NCBI GenBank assembly: GCA_965644295.1
Contig: CBFFRP010000200.1
Span: forward strand, 62,001 to 126,000
Source of the DNA: Paraphysomonas bandaiensis
Lineage: Eukaryota > Protista > Chrysophyceae
Length of the DNA stretch: 64,000 nucleotides
Reading direction: 5' to 3'
Shown here one piece after another: positions 45,439 through 56,731 of the stretch. Every line of letters begins with the position of its first letter. The first letter of the stretch is position 1. A program made the position numbers and the translations under genes. The notes beneath the pieces were generated by a model. It was not told the origin of the DNA, did no database searches, and saw only the letters and a program-made list of their open reading frames with translations.

Positions 45439-46510
45439 GATTCCAGCTCGCTTCAATTAATTGATATAAAAATACCACCACTTTATGCTAAAAAGTTTCT
45501 TTTTGGTATTTTTAGGATAAAAATCGAAGATTGGTGAAAGACTATTATCCATAGATCCATAGGGTTATCTCACATAGTAATTCATTTAATTAATCATAAG
45601 AGCGATAAACTGGCACCAGAATTCTGCGCACGAGTGTTTATTGAAAAAGTAAATGTTAATAACGACGCGGCTGCAATATAGAGACTTGTCATGTAAGAAA
45701 AGGGGTTCCGCATTAGCCATGTTACACCGCTATTTTGCTTCTATCTAATCATTTGCAACCATATGAGTTTGGTTCCGATGTGCTAAGTCTAATACCAAGT
45801 GAAAAGGAGCATACCAAGCTCGTGCAATTACGGGAGGAATAGGAATTGTTTCAACTAGTATCCTTACAATTACAGAAGTAAGGTGAACATCAGCTTGACC
45901 TCCACGACGCTTGTACATTGCTTGACGAACTCATCATAAGGTACCCGATTGTCGAGCGTCATCTGGGCGACATCGCTGCTATTATTCATAACGCTGCTTT
46001 CAAAAAGGTAGTCGTGAAGATTCAATGTGGCAACGAAGCCGTAGCTCAGACTGAAGAAAATCAAATTAAAATATTTTTGCTCGATGAAGATGGTTTTGAC
46101 GGTGCCAGTCTAGTTCCGAATGACGACGCAGCGCAATGTTTGATGGTAGCAATATGCAATTAATATGCAGGCCTGTCTAATACTACATCCACACCTTCAT
46201 GAACATTTTGGAATAATTTCAGATCAAGCTCATAGAATCGTATATCTTAACAGAAATGAGATCAACAGAAATATAGAGTCTTCATACGTGCGGCCATCAT
46301 GTGAAGTGCAACACATACCATGTTGACATAAATTCACGTATGTGTAGACTCATTTGGCTAGAGTTGGAAAGGTACTGAAATCACATAGTAAGTTCCTTAT
46401 TTAGTTCATCCAAATCAGGTACATTACAACGAAACCACAAACTCAAGTTTTCTTTAATTTTATATATATAAACAGTGTCGCCGAGAAACCAAAATACTGA
46501 TAAAATACGC

Positions 46511-47848
46511 CTACATAGTGTGTCTTTTCTTTCTGGCGAGCGTTGCGGCGTCTTTCAGTTCCCCCTGTAGCTGCTGGTAGCTGTTCAATCGAGTAGGAGC
46601 AATCTCTCCTCTCTCCACGGCTTTAAGAACCGCGCAACCCATTTGGCCCTCCATGTGAGTACAATCTCTGTACTTACACTGCGTGGAAGCGGTCGCAATC
46701 TCCTTGTACCCAGCTAGAATAGTATCCTTCTTCAGGTGTAATAAACCAAAGTCACGAATACCAGGTGAATCTATGACAGAGCCACCCTCTTGGAGGTGAT
46801 ACAACCGAGTGGTGGAGGTTGTATGGGTACCGTAGTGCCCTTTCTTCGATAGTTCTCCTACAGGTAGGTGGAGCGACGGAAATAGAGCATTTATGATAGA
46901 TGACTTGCCCACACCTGCAAAAACATTAGATTAAAAAACATAGCTGTAACGTCAACAAATATACAAATCAACGGTACAAACGCGATGCGCCAGAACGTAA
47001 TTTATATTACAACAGGTTCTTTTATCTTAAGACAATATATTTATTTAAATAGTCATGTATATGCTCGTAGTGGAGTTGTACCTGATTGTCCTACGAATAC
47101 AGACGTCTTATTTCTCAATATGGATCGCAACGACTGGGCAGGCGGGTCACTTTTACCCCCTGCTGTTGAACACGGTATTACTGGGTAACCGAGGGGTGGG
47201 TAAACGGCAAGATTTTCCATCATTTTTTTGTGCTCTGGTAAATCGGATTTGTTTACCACTATGGCACAAGACATATTAAAGGCCTCGCCTGCCACTAGGA
47301 GGTGATCGATTGTGGAGAGTGGCACAAGAGGTTGTGGAGCAACCACCACAATCAGTTGGTCAACGTTGCTCGCCAGAGCCTTCATTTTATTCGAGGCCCC
47401 TCGGCTTCTAGGATCTGATCGGTAAAGGAGGTTTTTTCGGGTGTCGAAACCAACCACGATGTACTCAGCGTCCTCCCCGCGATGGACAGAGGATGCATGT
47501 GCCACTTGGTATTGTACTATATCCCCTACTACAATATGCCCGTCTTCAAGACCAGTACGTTGCTTGCATTTGACAATATCACCCGTCATATGAGACTCAA
47601 CTAGAAGGCGATCCCCCAATCGCTCCACCACTAACCCCTTCTCTGTATCTCCAAACAGAGCTCCAGTGAAAGACTTCGACTGACCAGATGTCATATCATT
47701 TTTAGTTTTAAAAGATAGCCTTGCAACTGGAGTGCCGATTGTTCTGATATAAACAATAAGAGACGAACACAAACACTGCAGCTGCATGACCTGCTTACCT
47801 TAAATACCTGGGTGATGACAGGAGCTTCGATACGGTTAATCCCCTCAT
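46511..47848 (-). CDS. rsgA: RsgA/YjeQ circularly permuted ribosome small-subunit GTPase, probably organelle-targeted. Exons 47848-47799, 47743-47082, 46914-46511
   Basis: OB-fold N-region, ASNVDQ, G4 NKSD, G1 GQSG|VGKSS split by an intron, HTT, G3 DSPG, zinc finger CKYRDCTH...GCAV. Confidence 0.9.
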
Positions 47849-48307
47849 TATGATGCAATGATGTCCAATATTTCGGTAATATAATCTAGTTATGTTATTC
47901 TCTGCAGTTCGTTTAGTGATGTGCTGATACAACTATCTGCTTGAATTAGATGAGGAGGATATGGATATATACGCATAGTATACATACATGTACATATAGA
48001 CCGTGTGTGTAGCAAAGTATGTAACATACAGCAGTTCATATGGATGTTAGCGTTTACCGTATTCTACTGTTCTTGTTCGGGTTCGATATTCCCATATGCA
48101 TACGACTGTATATGTATGCTGTACTGTAGAACATACGTAGAATCCGACCGATCTTTCGTTTTCCAGATTGTATATATACCCCGTACTACAACATTGTAGT
48201 CTCGGACTGAAAAAAGTGTTGCAGAAGAATAGCGGAAAATGTCTGCATTTTCCTGCTCACCACACACATCAACACATCCACCTATCGAATCTTAACCAGT
48301 TGATGAT

Positions 48308-49808
48308 ATGACGCTCATGTCAAACACAATCGTCAAATTCAGACCTTTTAAAACTTCTTTGGACTGTATTTTCTTGAAAATGTTTAGTAGATTGTTTCGT
48401 GAAGATCCAACACCTCCTGATACAAGTGATGACAGGAGTGTAGATGTAACTAATATGGATAACTCTGTCTCGCGATGGGCACAAGCGATTCAGTATTACC
48501 ATAAATCATGCAGTACTATACGTTCAAACCGCACAGATGAAAAATGTCGATGCACAGCTGTTATTGACGTGTCCAGCTCGATGGAAGGAAAATTTTTAAT
48601 TTGTGTTAAGTTGGGATTGTGCAGTCTGATAGCTAACTTAAATGATGACGATGAAATGAACATAACTGCATTCTCAGGAGATTGTAAACCTGTGACAGGC
48701 GGATTCTTGCTTGCGTCTGAATTACGTCAGTCAATGCCGCGCATGTTGCACTCATTGGTAGCCAACGGATGTACATCTTTCTACGATGCGATTGTCACTG
48801 GTTTGGCGGATCTACGCCATCATTGCTCTGTTAGTATTTCAGAGTCTGCTATTAAAAACATACTAGTCGCATTAACAGATGGGGAAGATAATAATAGCAG
48901 ACTTACCACTGGACATGTTTTAAGACATTTATGCAGCCCAGGAGTTGACCACTTTATGTTTTTGCTAGTTGCGGTGGATATGACATCCCGGCAGGAGTCT
49001 AAGTTCCGAAACTGGATGGATCTGGGACACTGCAAGCAAGTAAGGTGAGAAGAGAGATACTTGTTATTGTTCTATTTGACTTCACTGTGTCGACAGTGTG
49101 AATGTGCGAACTGGATGCAGTCTCGTTGGAGTATTCAAGGAACTTCTCCTCTGTCGAATTCTTCAAACCGCAGGTTCCAGCCCTCGATTTCTTCAGGACG
49201 GGGGAGAAGGATTGCCCTTTGATTCTATCAGAGATGTGGCGGATGCCTCTGCGTTAGATACTTTACGACAACAATTAATGCGGCATCTTCCGACAACTTC
49301 ATCTATGGCTGAACAAAATTATGATTTTGAAGAATCTTCACTCCACACTCTACATTTGACAAGAAATCTATCTGCTGGTGTATCGCGCGTTGAGAGTGAG
49401 AGTGATGGCGAGGGAGATTTTGATGATGATAGTGAATATTTATCATCTAGTCATATTTCAACCTGCGATGAGGACTTGTCAGGCTCAGACGACGATGCAC
49501 TATCATTGACAGAAACTTGGCTTGATATAGGAGATACTCAAGGGGAAGGAAGCCAAATGAATATCAACTCCGAATGTACTTCCAGTCGTGAATATCCTCC
49601 CGAGTTCTACTGTCCCATTTCGCATGAGATTATGAAAGACCCTGTGATGTGTGCAGATGGGCATACTTATGAACGCAGCCATATTGCGAAATGGTTATCA
49701 CGCCACAATACTTCTCCCATAACGAACGAGATTTTGCGACACAATGACCTTGTTACAAATTTTGCTTTAAAGGGTATTGTAGAGTCTCTCACAACAACAA
49801 AAGCGTAG
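48308..49808 (+). CDS. von Willebrand A + U-box protein (putative E3 ligase), 2 exons; the start may instead be the Met at 48380
   Basis: MIDAS DVSSS...GCT...LTDG; C-terminal U-box PPEFYCPISHEIMKDPV..DGHTYER..I.KWL...TSPITNE; short intron at about 49045-49095. Confidence 0.85.
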
Positions 49809-52800
49809 TTATTTGTCGTCCATTATTCAGTTTCATCAATTTTGATTTTGTTATTTTATTACATTGTAGTACGAGAAGTATAATGTTTAACTTAAAGTAT
49901 ATCTGACGTTCTATTCTGCTACCTTGTCCGTCACAAGTATTTCTTCTAACCTTTGTACAAAGAATTTTGCATAATAGGCACTTAAAAAGTAAATACACAG
50001 AGAGCAGCTTATACTCCCCTACTTGAAAAAGTCAAAACTACACAAGACGTCTTTCACTTGGTAGGGTGGGTTACTTAACTCTAGATAGATATCAATAATA
50101 ATACACTGGTCAAATTGTAAGTATGCAAATCGTGTACTATTCCTTGCAAAGATGCAGCACATCATACAACCTACTATCCACAACTTGAAGTAGGCAAAGT
50201 CTAAAGTATGATAAAGCCAACCAATCTTTCTATCGCGCCGGACTCTCGTTATCATACATACAGCATGCAGTATATGGCACATATAGACACTAGCGTATCA
50301 ACAACCCACTCGCTACCATTTGAATTCGTTTACACTTATGACAAATATTCTACCGCAGGGAGGCATATCATATACGCACATAAGCAACGTCGCACAAGTA
50401 CCAAATATGTATTATAAACAATACTAACACTACTCGCAGGAATTTTCTCGATATTGGACAACACTGAAATAAAGTCACTGATTAAGTATGCGCGATTCCT
50501 TACCCTTAAAATGGAATTGGTAAACAGAATCAGTGGGTATCGGTGTTATTGCATGAACGCATACATTTGTGAAGATATATGACTTTATTACAATCCCCTC
50601 CCGACACCCTGTACAAACTTTACATAAATGCATAAGTTATACATAAACTGTGTATATATCACTGAGACATTGATGCAAAACATAACATTATATATCATGA
50701 CACCGAACAGTAATTTCGTTGACTAAATCATTGATTACGTGTTATTCAGTGGATTGAACGCTATAGAAGCACTTATGTCACTAAACTGATAGTGTATCTG
50801 CTATCGCATGACAATATACAAGGAACTTGGGCTGCGCATAGAAATCCTACGACAGCCTATCGTTGCACGCACATATAACCTACGGACATGAATGGCTCTG
50901 TGTTAGAAGCATTAGTGGGATCACTGGTCACTTCTTCCACAGTATGTGCACAGGATGTGTCGAATATGCATGAGCTGACTGCTGCTGTCCATATACCGGG
51001 CAAGCTCTTAGAAAAGTATAGATGTACCATATATATACAAAAAACTCCCAGATTTTTCGCAGCAGTTTGGCTGAAAAGGCGTTTACTCCTATCAAAAAAC
51101 ACGTTTTTTGCAGACTTTAATCTGGATATCCGGATATCTACCCACAATATACTTTGCGTATACAGCAGTATACGGTACATATATGGTGTAGAAATTCTAT
51201 CTGTGTATGTGTAATTGCGTACTGCAACAATGTATATGGTATACCACTGTATTCTTGACCATATGTCACTGGTAGCGGTCCAGTGCACCGTCAGTGCAAT
51301 GTATCTTGCACTTGCATTTGCACTGAGTCGATGCAAGTCCTTTGCATGGCGAGTAGTCCACAAAATTACAATGGGAAAACGAATATAGTTGATCCCGATA
51401 TCGCTATTCAGACATAGTACAGAGATTGCGTGTCTTAGTATCGGTTTATTAATATCGTTTACCAGAATGGGATGCACCGTATCGTTTGATAGAGACATGG
51501 TCAATGAGATGAGTGATGTTTCTCAACGAGGAGGATACGATGATGATGATCTTGATAGCAGTAGATATGATGACAATGATCGCCATACTAAGAATATTGT
51601 ACCTGCTGCAGAAGAAGAGGCCAAACAAGCAGGACAAAACCAGAGGCCCAATGGAATTAGTACAAATACAACACATCAAGTGTGATTGGAGTGTGCTTAT
51701 GTAGACACCATTTTAACTAGTTGTCATCATAGTCACGATTATAAAATTGATATTTGATATAAACGGCTCTCTCGTGTTTGTGACTGTGTGAATGAGGGTG
51801 AATATTGTATGCAGACATATCACGTCAAGATGTGGAGAGTATCCTTATTTACGATGTGCTGCTTTCCATTGCTAGCATTATGACTTTAATTAACAACTAC
51901 TTTCACCTTTTATATCCGGTTTCCTTATGTGTCTAACAAAGTATACTTACTGACTATCTAATTTTCCATGAAATTTGTAGTGCAATAGTAGTACTATTCA
52001 GGGTACAGAATATATAGCTACTTAGCTAATATCTTAACATACTTATGTGATTTGCTGCAATACCAAAGACGTCGAGTTGTCTCTCCAGGTTTCGTTACTA
52101 AATTTGGCCCTACAACGGATTAGAGTATCAGCTTACTTAATGCTATCTCTACAACCACTCCTTTCTCGTAAGATCTTAAGTCATCACCACTAACTTGCAT
52201 CGTCACTGTTCACTATATTCCTTTTCACTACTATATGCTTATCGTCATGATATTTATTCTCGTAGTACGGTTAAAAACAACTGTATATTACTCGACACTC
52301 GACTACTCGTAACGGTTATAATTTAACACCTTATAGCTAAACTTTCAAATGCTCTCTAATAGCAGAACTCAACAATTCTTACCACATTGTTTCAATTGAA
52401 CTTAAGAGAAGCTTTTGGAAACAGTTTACTTAAAAACTATTGAATATAATACGCTAGTAATTTGAAAGAAATAACGTCAAGTTAGAATTCATAGAATAAA
52501 TTAACAAAGTGCAAGCATTTTCTAGTTGTTTCTTTGAGAAAAGACGTATTACTTTCTCTTATTTGCATTGCAACTAATCTGTATCATGTACACTTTGTAA
52601 CCTTGGGTTTTGTTTTATTTTCTCGAATGTGCTGTGCCCCATTCTAACCGAGTGGCCATATAGTGTTGGCTTGCTGCTATACCACATATCACATATCACA
52701 CCAAGGTTTTGCGTTAATTTTACGTAGTCACACAACCGCCCATCACCAACTTGGCTGACCTTATTGGTCCCGCGCTGATTCTGTGAGAGCCTCATCCGTG

Positions 52801-53191
52801 TTCGCCTTCACAATCTTATCCGGGGTTTCTCCTAGCTATGTAATTATTAATATAATTATTGCTTAGTTTCATCAACACTTGCATTTTAAAAGGGCAGACT
52901 TCCGGAATGGGACATGCTGTTTTCTAGATTAAGTAATGTAATTTGTAGTGGATGATTGAAAGAAATGCGGTTATGGTGTGGGCTGTATTTCTACTTATCA
53001 CACAATCGATAATGTTAACGGTATCACAAATCACAACGTTTGCTAGACAGCAATTCAGGATTCACACAATTTACTTCGAGCAAGTCATAGAAGCTTGTTA
53101 TGTTTTCTATTTTACAATTTACGCACAGAACTATCTTGTACTCTAAGTCAAATCAATAGTGACAATCAATAACTGCATATACCAAAAACCT

Positions 53192-55957
53192 CTAGTGCTT
53201 CGATGACGACTTGAATTCTTTAGTGGTCGTTTTCTTCTTATTACCGCCGGTTGTCAGTAATTGTTCACGGTATCTCGCATTAGGGGTGCGGGCAAACTGT
53301 AAACTATTGAATACACGACAGAATTTAACACGATTTAGGTCCTACTTCATGCTACTTACATGTGGTTATTAGAATACTTCGCTTTAGATCTCTCCACTAT
53401 TAATCCCATCAACTTCGACTTCGCAGTAATAGACAACGGACCGTCGGGCATATCCGATACGTTGTTGTCATCCTTCGTCATTCCTACTTTTGATGTCGAC
53501 ACTCCACGTAGTCTTCGAGTTGCTAAAAACTCTCTCGACTCTTGGCGTGTGAATTGTCGTGCAGTGGAAGGGGAAGGGTTCATATCATTTTCTAATTTTT
53601 CACTTCTTCTATAAAGCTGAGAGTGTCTATGAGAGAAAGACGGAGAGCTGGACTTTGGATGAACTTTCATATCAGCAGAAAACAGTGTTTTGAAGTCGCG
53701 CATTGTATTAGAACAATCATCAATGTCTATTGAATTTGATTCTTGTGAATGAATTCGAGGAGTTGCAAATGTCGTTGAGACAGTAGTATATGCGCTCTCT
53801 GCTGTTCCAGGCCTAGAGATTCTATCATCAGCTCCCAAGTCTACCAGTACACTATTAGATCAGCTGCCAGAATACAAAGAAACGATATTTAACCTCTTTG
53901 TGGTGACACTATACTCGCTGTTAGCGGACTTCCAATAGTCGTGGTGGAAGGTTCAGCTGCAAATATTACAATAACAACAACAATATCTACATCACTCTAC
54001 CTGTAATTCCAGTTTGTCCTTTCTTTCCATTTACGAGCGGCATAGGGCCCGGGGAATTCATACGTAGAAATTTTTTGGTTTCGTGATTGTCGGCATCTGA
54101 GAATATTGCACGCACTGCAACACTCGTGGCAAAGTACTTGTTTTCGCGTTTACTGTCACAACTGCTTCTATGATGAGCAGTGCGCGGTAATTCTCCATCA
54201 ACAATATGGGCGGGATCTACTTCATTCAGCAATTTTCCACGCTCATCGCCTTGAAACATTTCTCTCGATATTTTATCACAATAAACTCTACAATACAACT
54301 TTAGACAAATACAGAAGACAGTCAATATATGTACCGAGCAGGGTCAAGCAGCTCAGTTAGCGTTTCGTTTACATGTTTCAGAACTTCTTGGCGAATATAA
54401 GATATATTCGACAGGTCAGCATCTGTCAATGTGGGTTCGCACTTGGTCGACCGGGTAGAGCTGCGGGTACTCGGTGCTGAGTACAAGGTATCTTGGGTTG
54501 GCTCTCGTTTTCCCCCCAGCCACGCATAGTGCTGCACAAAATATGACAAAAATTCCAACATTCTATACTTCATACCGCACACAGTATGTCGTTTACAATA
54601 AAATGACAGCCAGCAACTAGAGCTTGTCTGGAATTAACCAGTGCTTGTCTGCTAAATCCCATCTAAAGAAATAGTCTCATTAGGTTATAAAACTGAGCAA
54701 TCTCACACGACTACCTGTACATGAAGCTTATTCAGACACTCCTCCAATTGTAGATATAGCATTTCCTTTTCCTCGCTGCTCAATGATGTGTCTGACGACA
54801 GAGTTGCGTCAGCAACACTACCCCCATCAGCAGTTGATGTAGAGTCATTTCCCGGGGGTAGTGTGGGTGATGTTGCATTTAAGCCAAGCACTGTGGCTGC
54901 CCGATTAGCATTTATAATCCCTTGTGCCCTGCTCTTGACTAGCGATCCTCGTACAATAGCGCTCACTCGATTTTCTGCCATTATGGGCAGAGTAGAAAAA
55001 TCAATTACTTTCTTGAGATCCGGGCTGCTGAAGTTCATCATACTTTTCCTGCGGGCAAAAGATGAAGCATTGTCCGGGGTGCTGGCCCTATTCACGTCAG
55101 TATGTAACTCCGCATGTTGCGACTTTGAAGCTACAAGAGCTCTTCGGGCGAAAGGGTGGACAATATTCCAGAAGACATAGTGGCAAAGTAGGCCAAATAG
55201 TCGCCGACACATCAAACACCCAAGAAATTTTTGGATAATAACGTTCAAGCGTCCACTTTTATCGTCAAATATCCTTGGTACGAACTCAGAGAGTGACGCA
55301 CAAAATGATTTTATGGCCATCTTTAAACGTCCATCATTTACAGCCAAAGGTTTAATCAATTGCTTAAAAGCTGTGCTATTTATTTCTATGAATGGTAGTC
55401 GAGATGGTGAAGGAAAATTCAATTCTACATACGGGAGATCGCGACGGCGACTGCGGCCCTTCTGCTTTTTGTCCGACTGGCTCAACGGTCTCTTCGGCCT
55501 TGATCCAGGTTCAGATACGCCTTTTCCATAGAACGATGTTAACTTTCTCTTCGATACTTCTATTTCTTTGCTGCCTCTAAACAAGAGTTAAAGGTCACGT
55601 GGAGCTGCGAGCATTACATACGTGTATATCTGCTTTATAACGTTTTGGTCCTTCTCTTCTTTACGCTCTGGAACAAGAATAAGGGAACTGCGAGTCCACA
55701 CAGGAACAACTAGAGCACGCTATTATATACAAATTTGGCTGTAACAAGAGAAAAAAAGGCTAGAAACAACAAACCTCAACAGGCATATTAGAAAGCATGT
55801 AGTCCACTCTATCCTTCGAAGCGTGTACACCGATTCTCTCCAAGTATTTGACGGCATATTCGTGTTCGACAGTAGATCTGATATTAGACGACAATGTCTT
55901 ATCAGCACCTGCCACAGTGCGTAATGGAATTTCTATCTTCTTTCTTGATTCCAGCAT
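53192..55957 (-). CDS. Multi-exon hypothetical protein, function unknown; start approximate
   Basis: Chain of same-strand ORFs (55760-55993, 54703-55584, 54322-54582, 53987-54325, 53356-53838) separated by short intron-like gaps; last exon LQFARTPNARYREQLL...KH*. Confidence 0.65.
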
Positions 55958-56520
55958 TATCAGGATCCCATGTGACGAACAATGCAATTGCACTCGAGTA
56001 AGGCTTCCTTTTATCTATTGTTCAAAAATGAAAATACGTCATAAAACACCCTGCGGACAACTTATTCGATATTAAAGGCACGCGCATTCATGTGCAAGAG
56101 GTTCACATGGAACACAGTGTGAGTATAAGTATAAGTGTTAGTTAAGGAGATGGTCATGCATATGACGGTTTCGTTGATCTATGCACTACACTGTAGTCCA
56201 GTAGAGTACAGAGTTGTATAACAATATCAGGCCGAAGTGTGAGAGTACTGTATACCTGTATACGTATCATATACTACTGCTGAAGTCCTGTATGAGTAAT
56301 GCACATCTCTCATATACATATGTATACAGAGCATATGCATAGTGCTGAATAGAATGTACAGTGTACAGCAGTATATGTACGCAGTTGAGCATCCAGTACA
56401 GAAGTGTATGAATGATGTCTGAAAGGAAGTGCCAATACAAAGAACAATCAACGCACTGCTCTACTCTGCTGTGTTGTGTTGATCTTTTCATATCGTAAAG
56501 TCCGCTTCACTTCGCCTGCA

Positions 56521-56585
56521 TATATATATATATATATCTGAACCACTTCAAACTCTATACTCCTATTCTCATATATACGTACACA

Positions 56586-56617
<32 letters not shown>

Positions 56618-56628
56618 CATATATATAT
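56521..56628. repeat. (TA)n and (TACA)n microsatellites in a divergent spacer
   Basis: tatatata... at 56521 and acatacatacat... at about 56583-56615. Confidence 0.85.
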
Positions 56629-56731
56629 TTAGAGTTATGGGTCGGTTTATATGTCGACATATCGCAGTATATTTCTTGTCTAACACTTCTACATAAATCT
56701 TGAGTGTTATCACTAGACTAGAACAGATATC

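Larger units (their letters stand above)
39865..46175 (+). mobile_element. Internally deleted hAT-type DNA transposon (~790 bp of its own sequence) interrupted by the Copia insertion; transposase remnant at about 45860-46140
   Basis: Ends CAGGGCT... and ...AGGCCTG; 8-bp flanks tctaaaac / tctaatac (7/8 match). Remnant LDLHDACTLLDELIIRYP...HL...AAIIHNAAFKKVVVKIQCG resembles oomycete-type hAT-like transposases (from recall, not searched). Confidence 0.65.

Noticed and set aside
48078-48096. tRNA T-loop-like GGGTTCGATATTCCC
   Set aside because: No cloverleaf, D-arm or acceptor stem around it.
50857-51504. 215-aa minus-strand ORF
   Set aside because: Composition reflects the RY-rich spacer-like DNA; no domain-like features.
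52595-52712. Short inverted repeat aaccttgg/ccaaggtt
   Set aside because: An 8-bp match with no TSD is within chance expectation.
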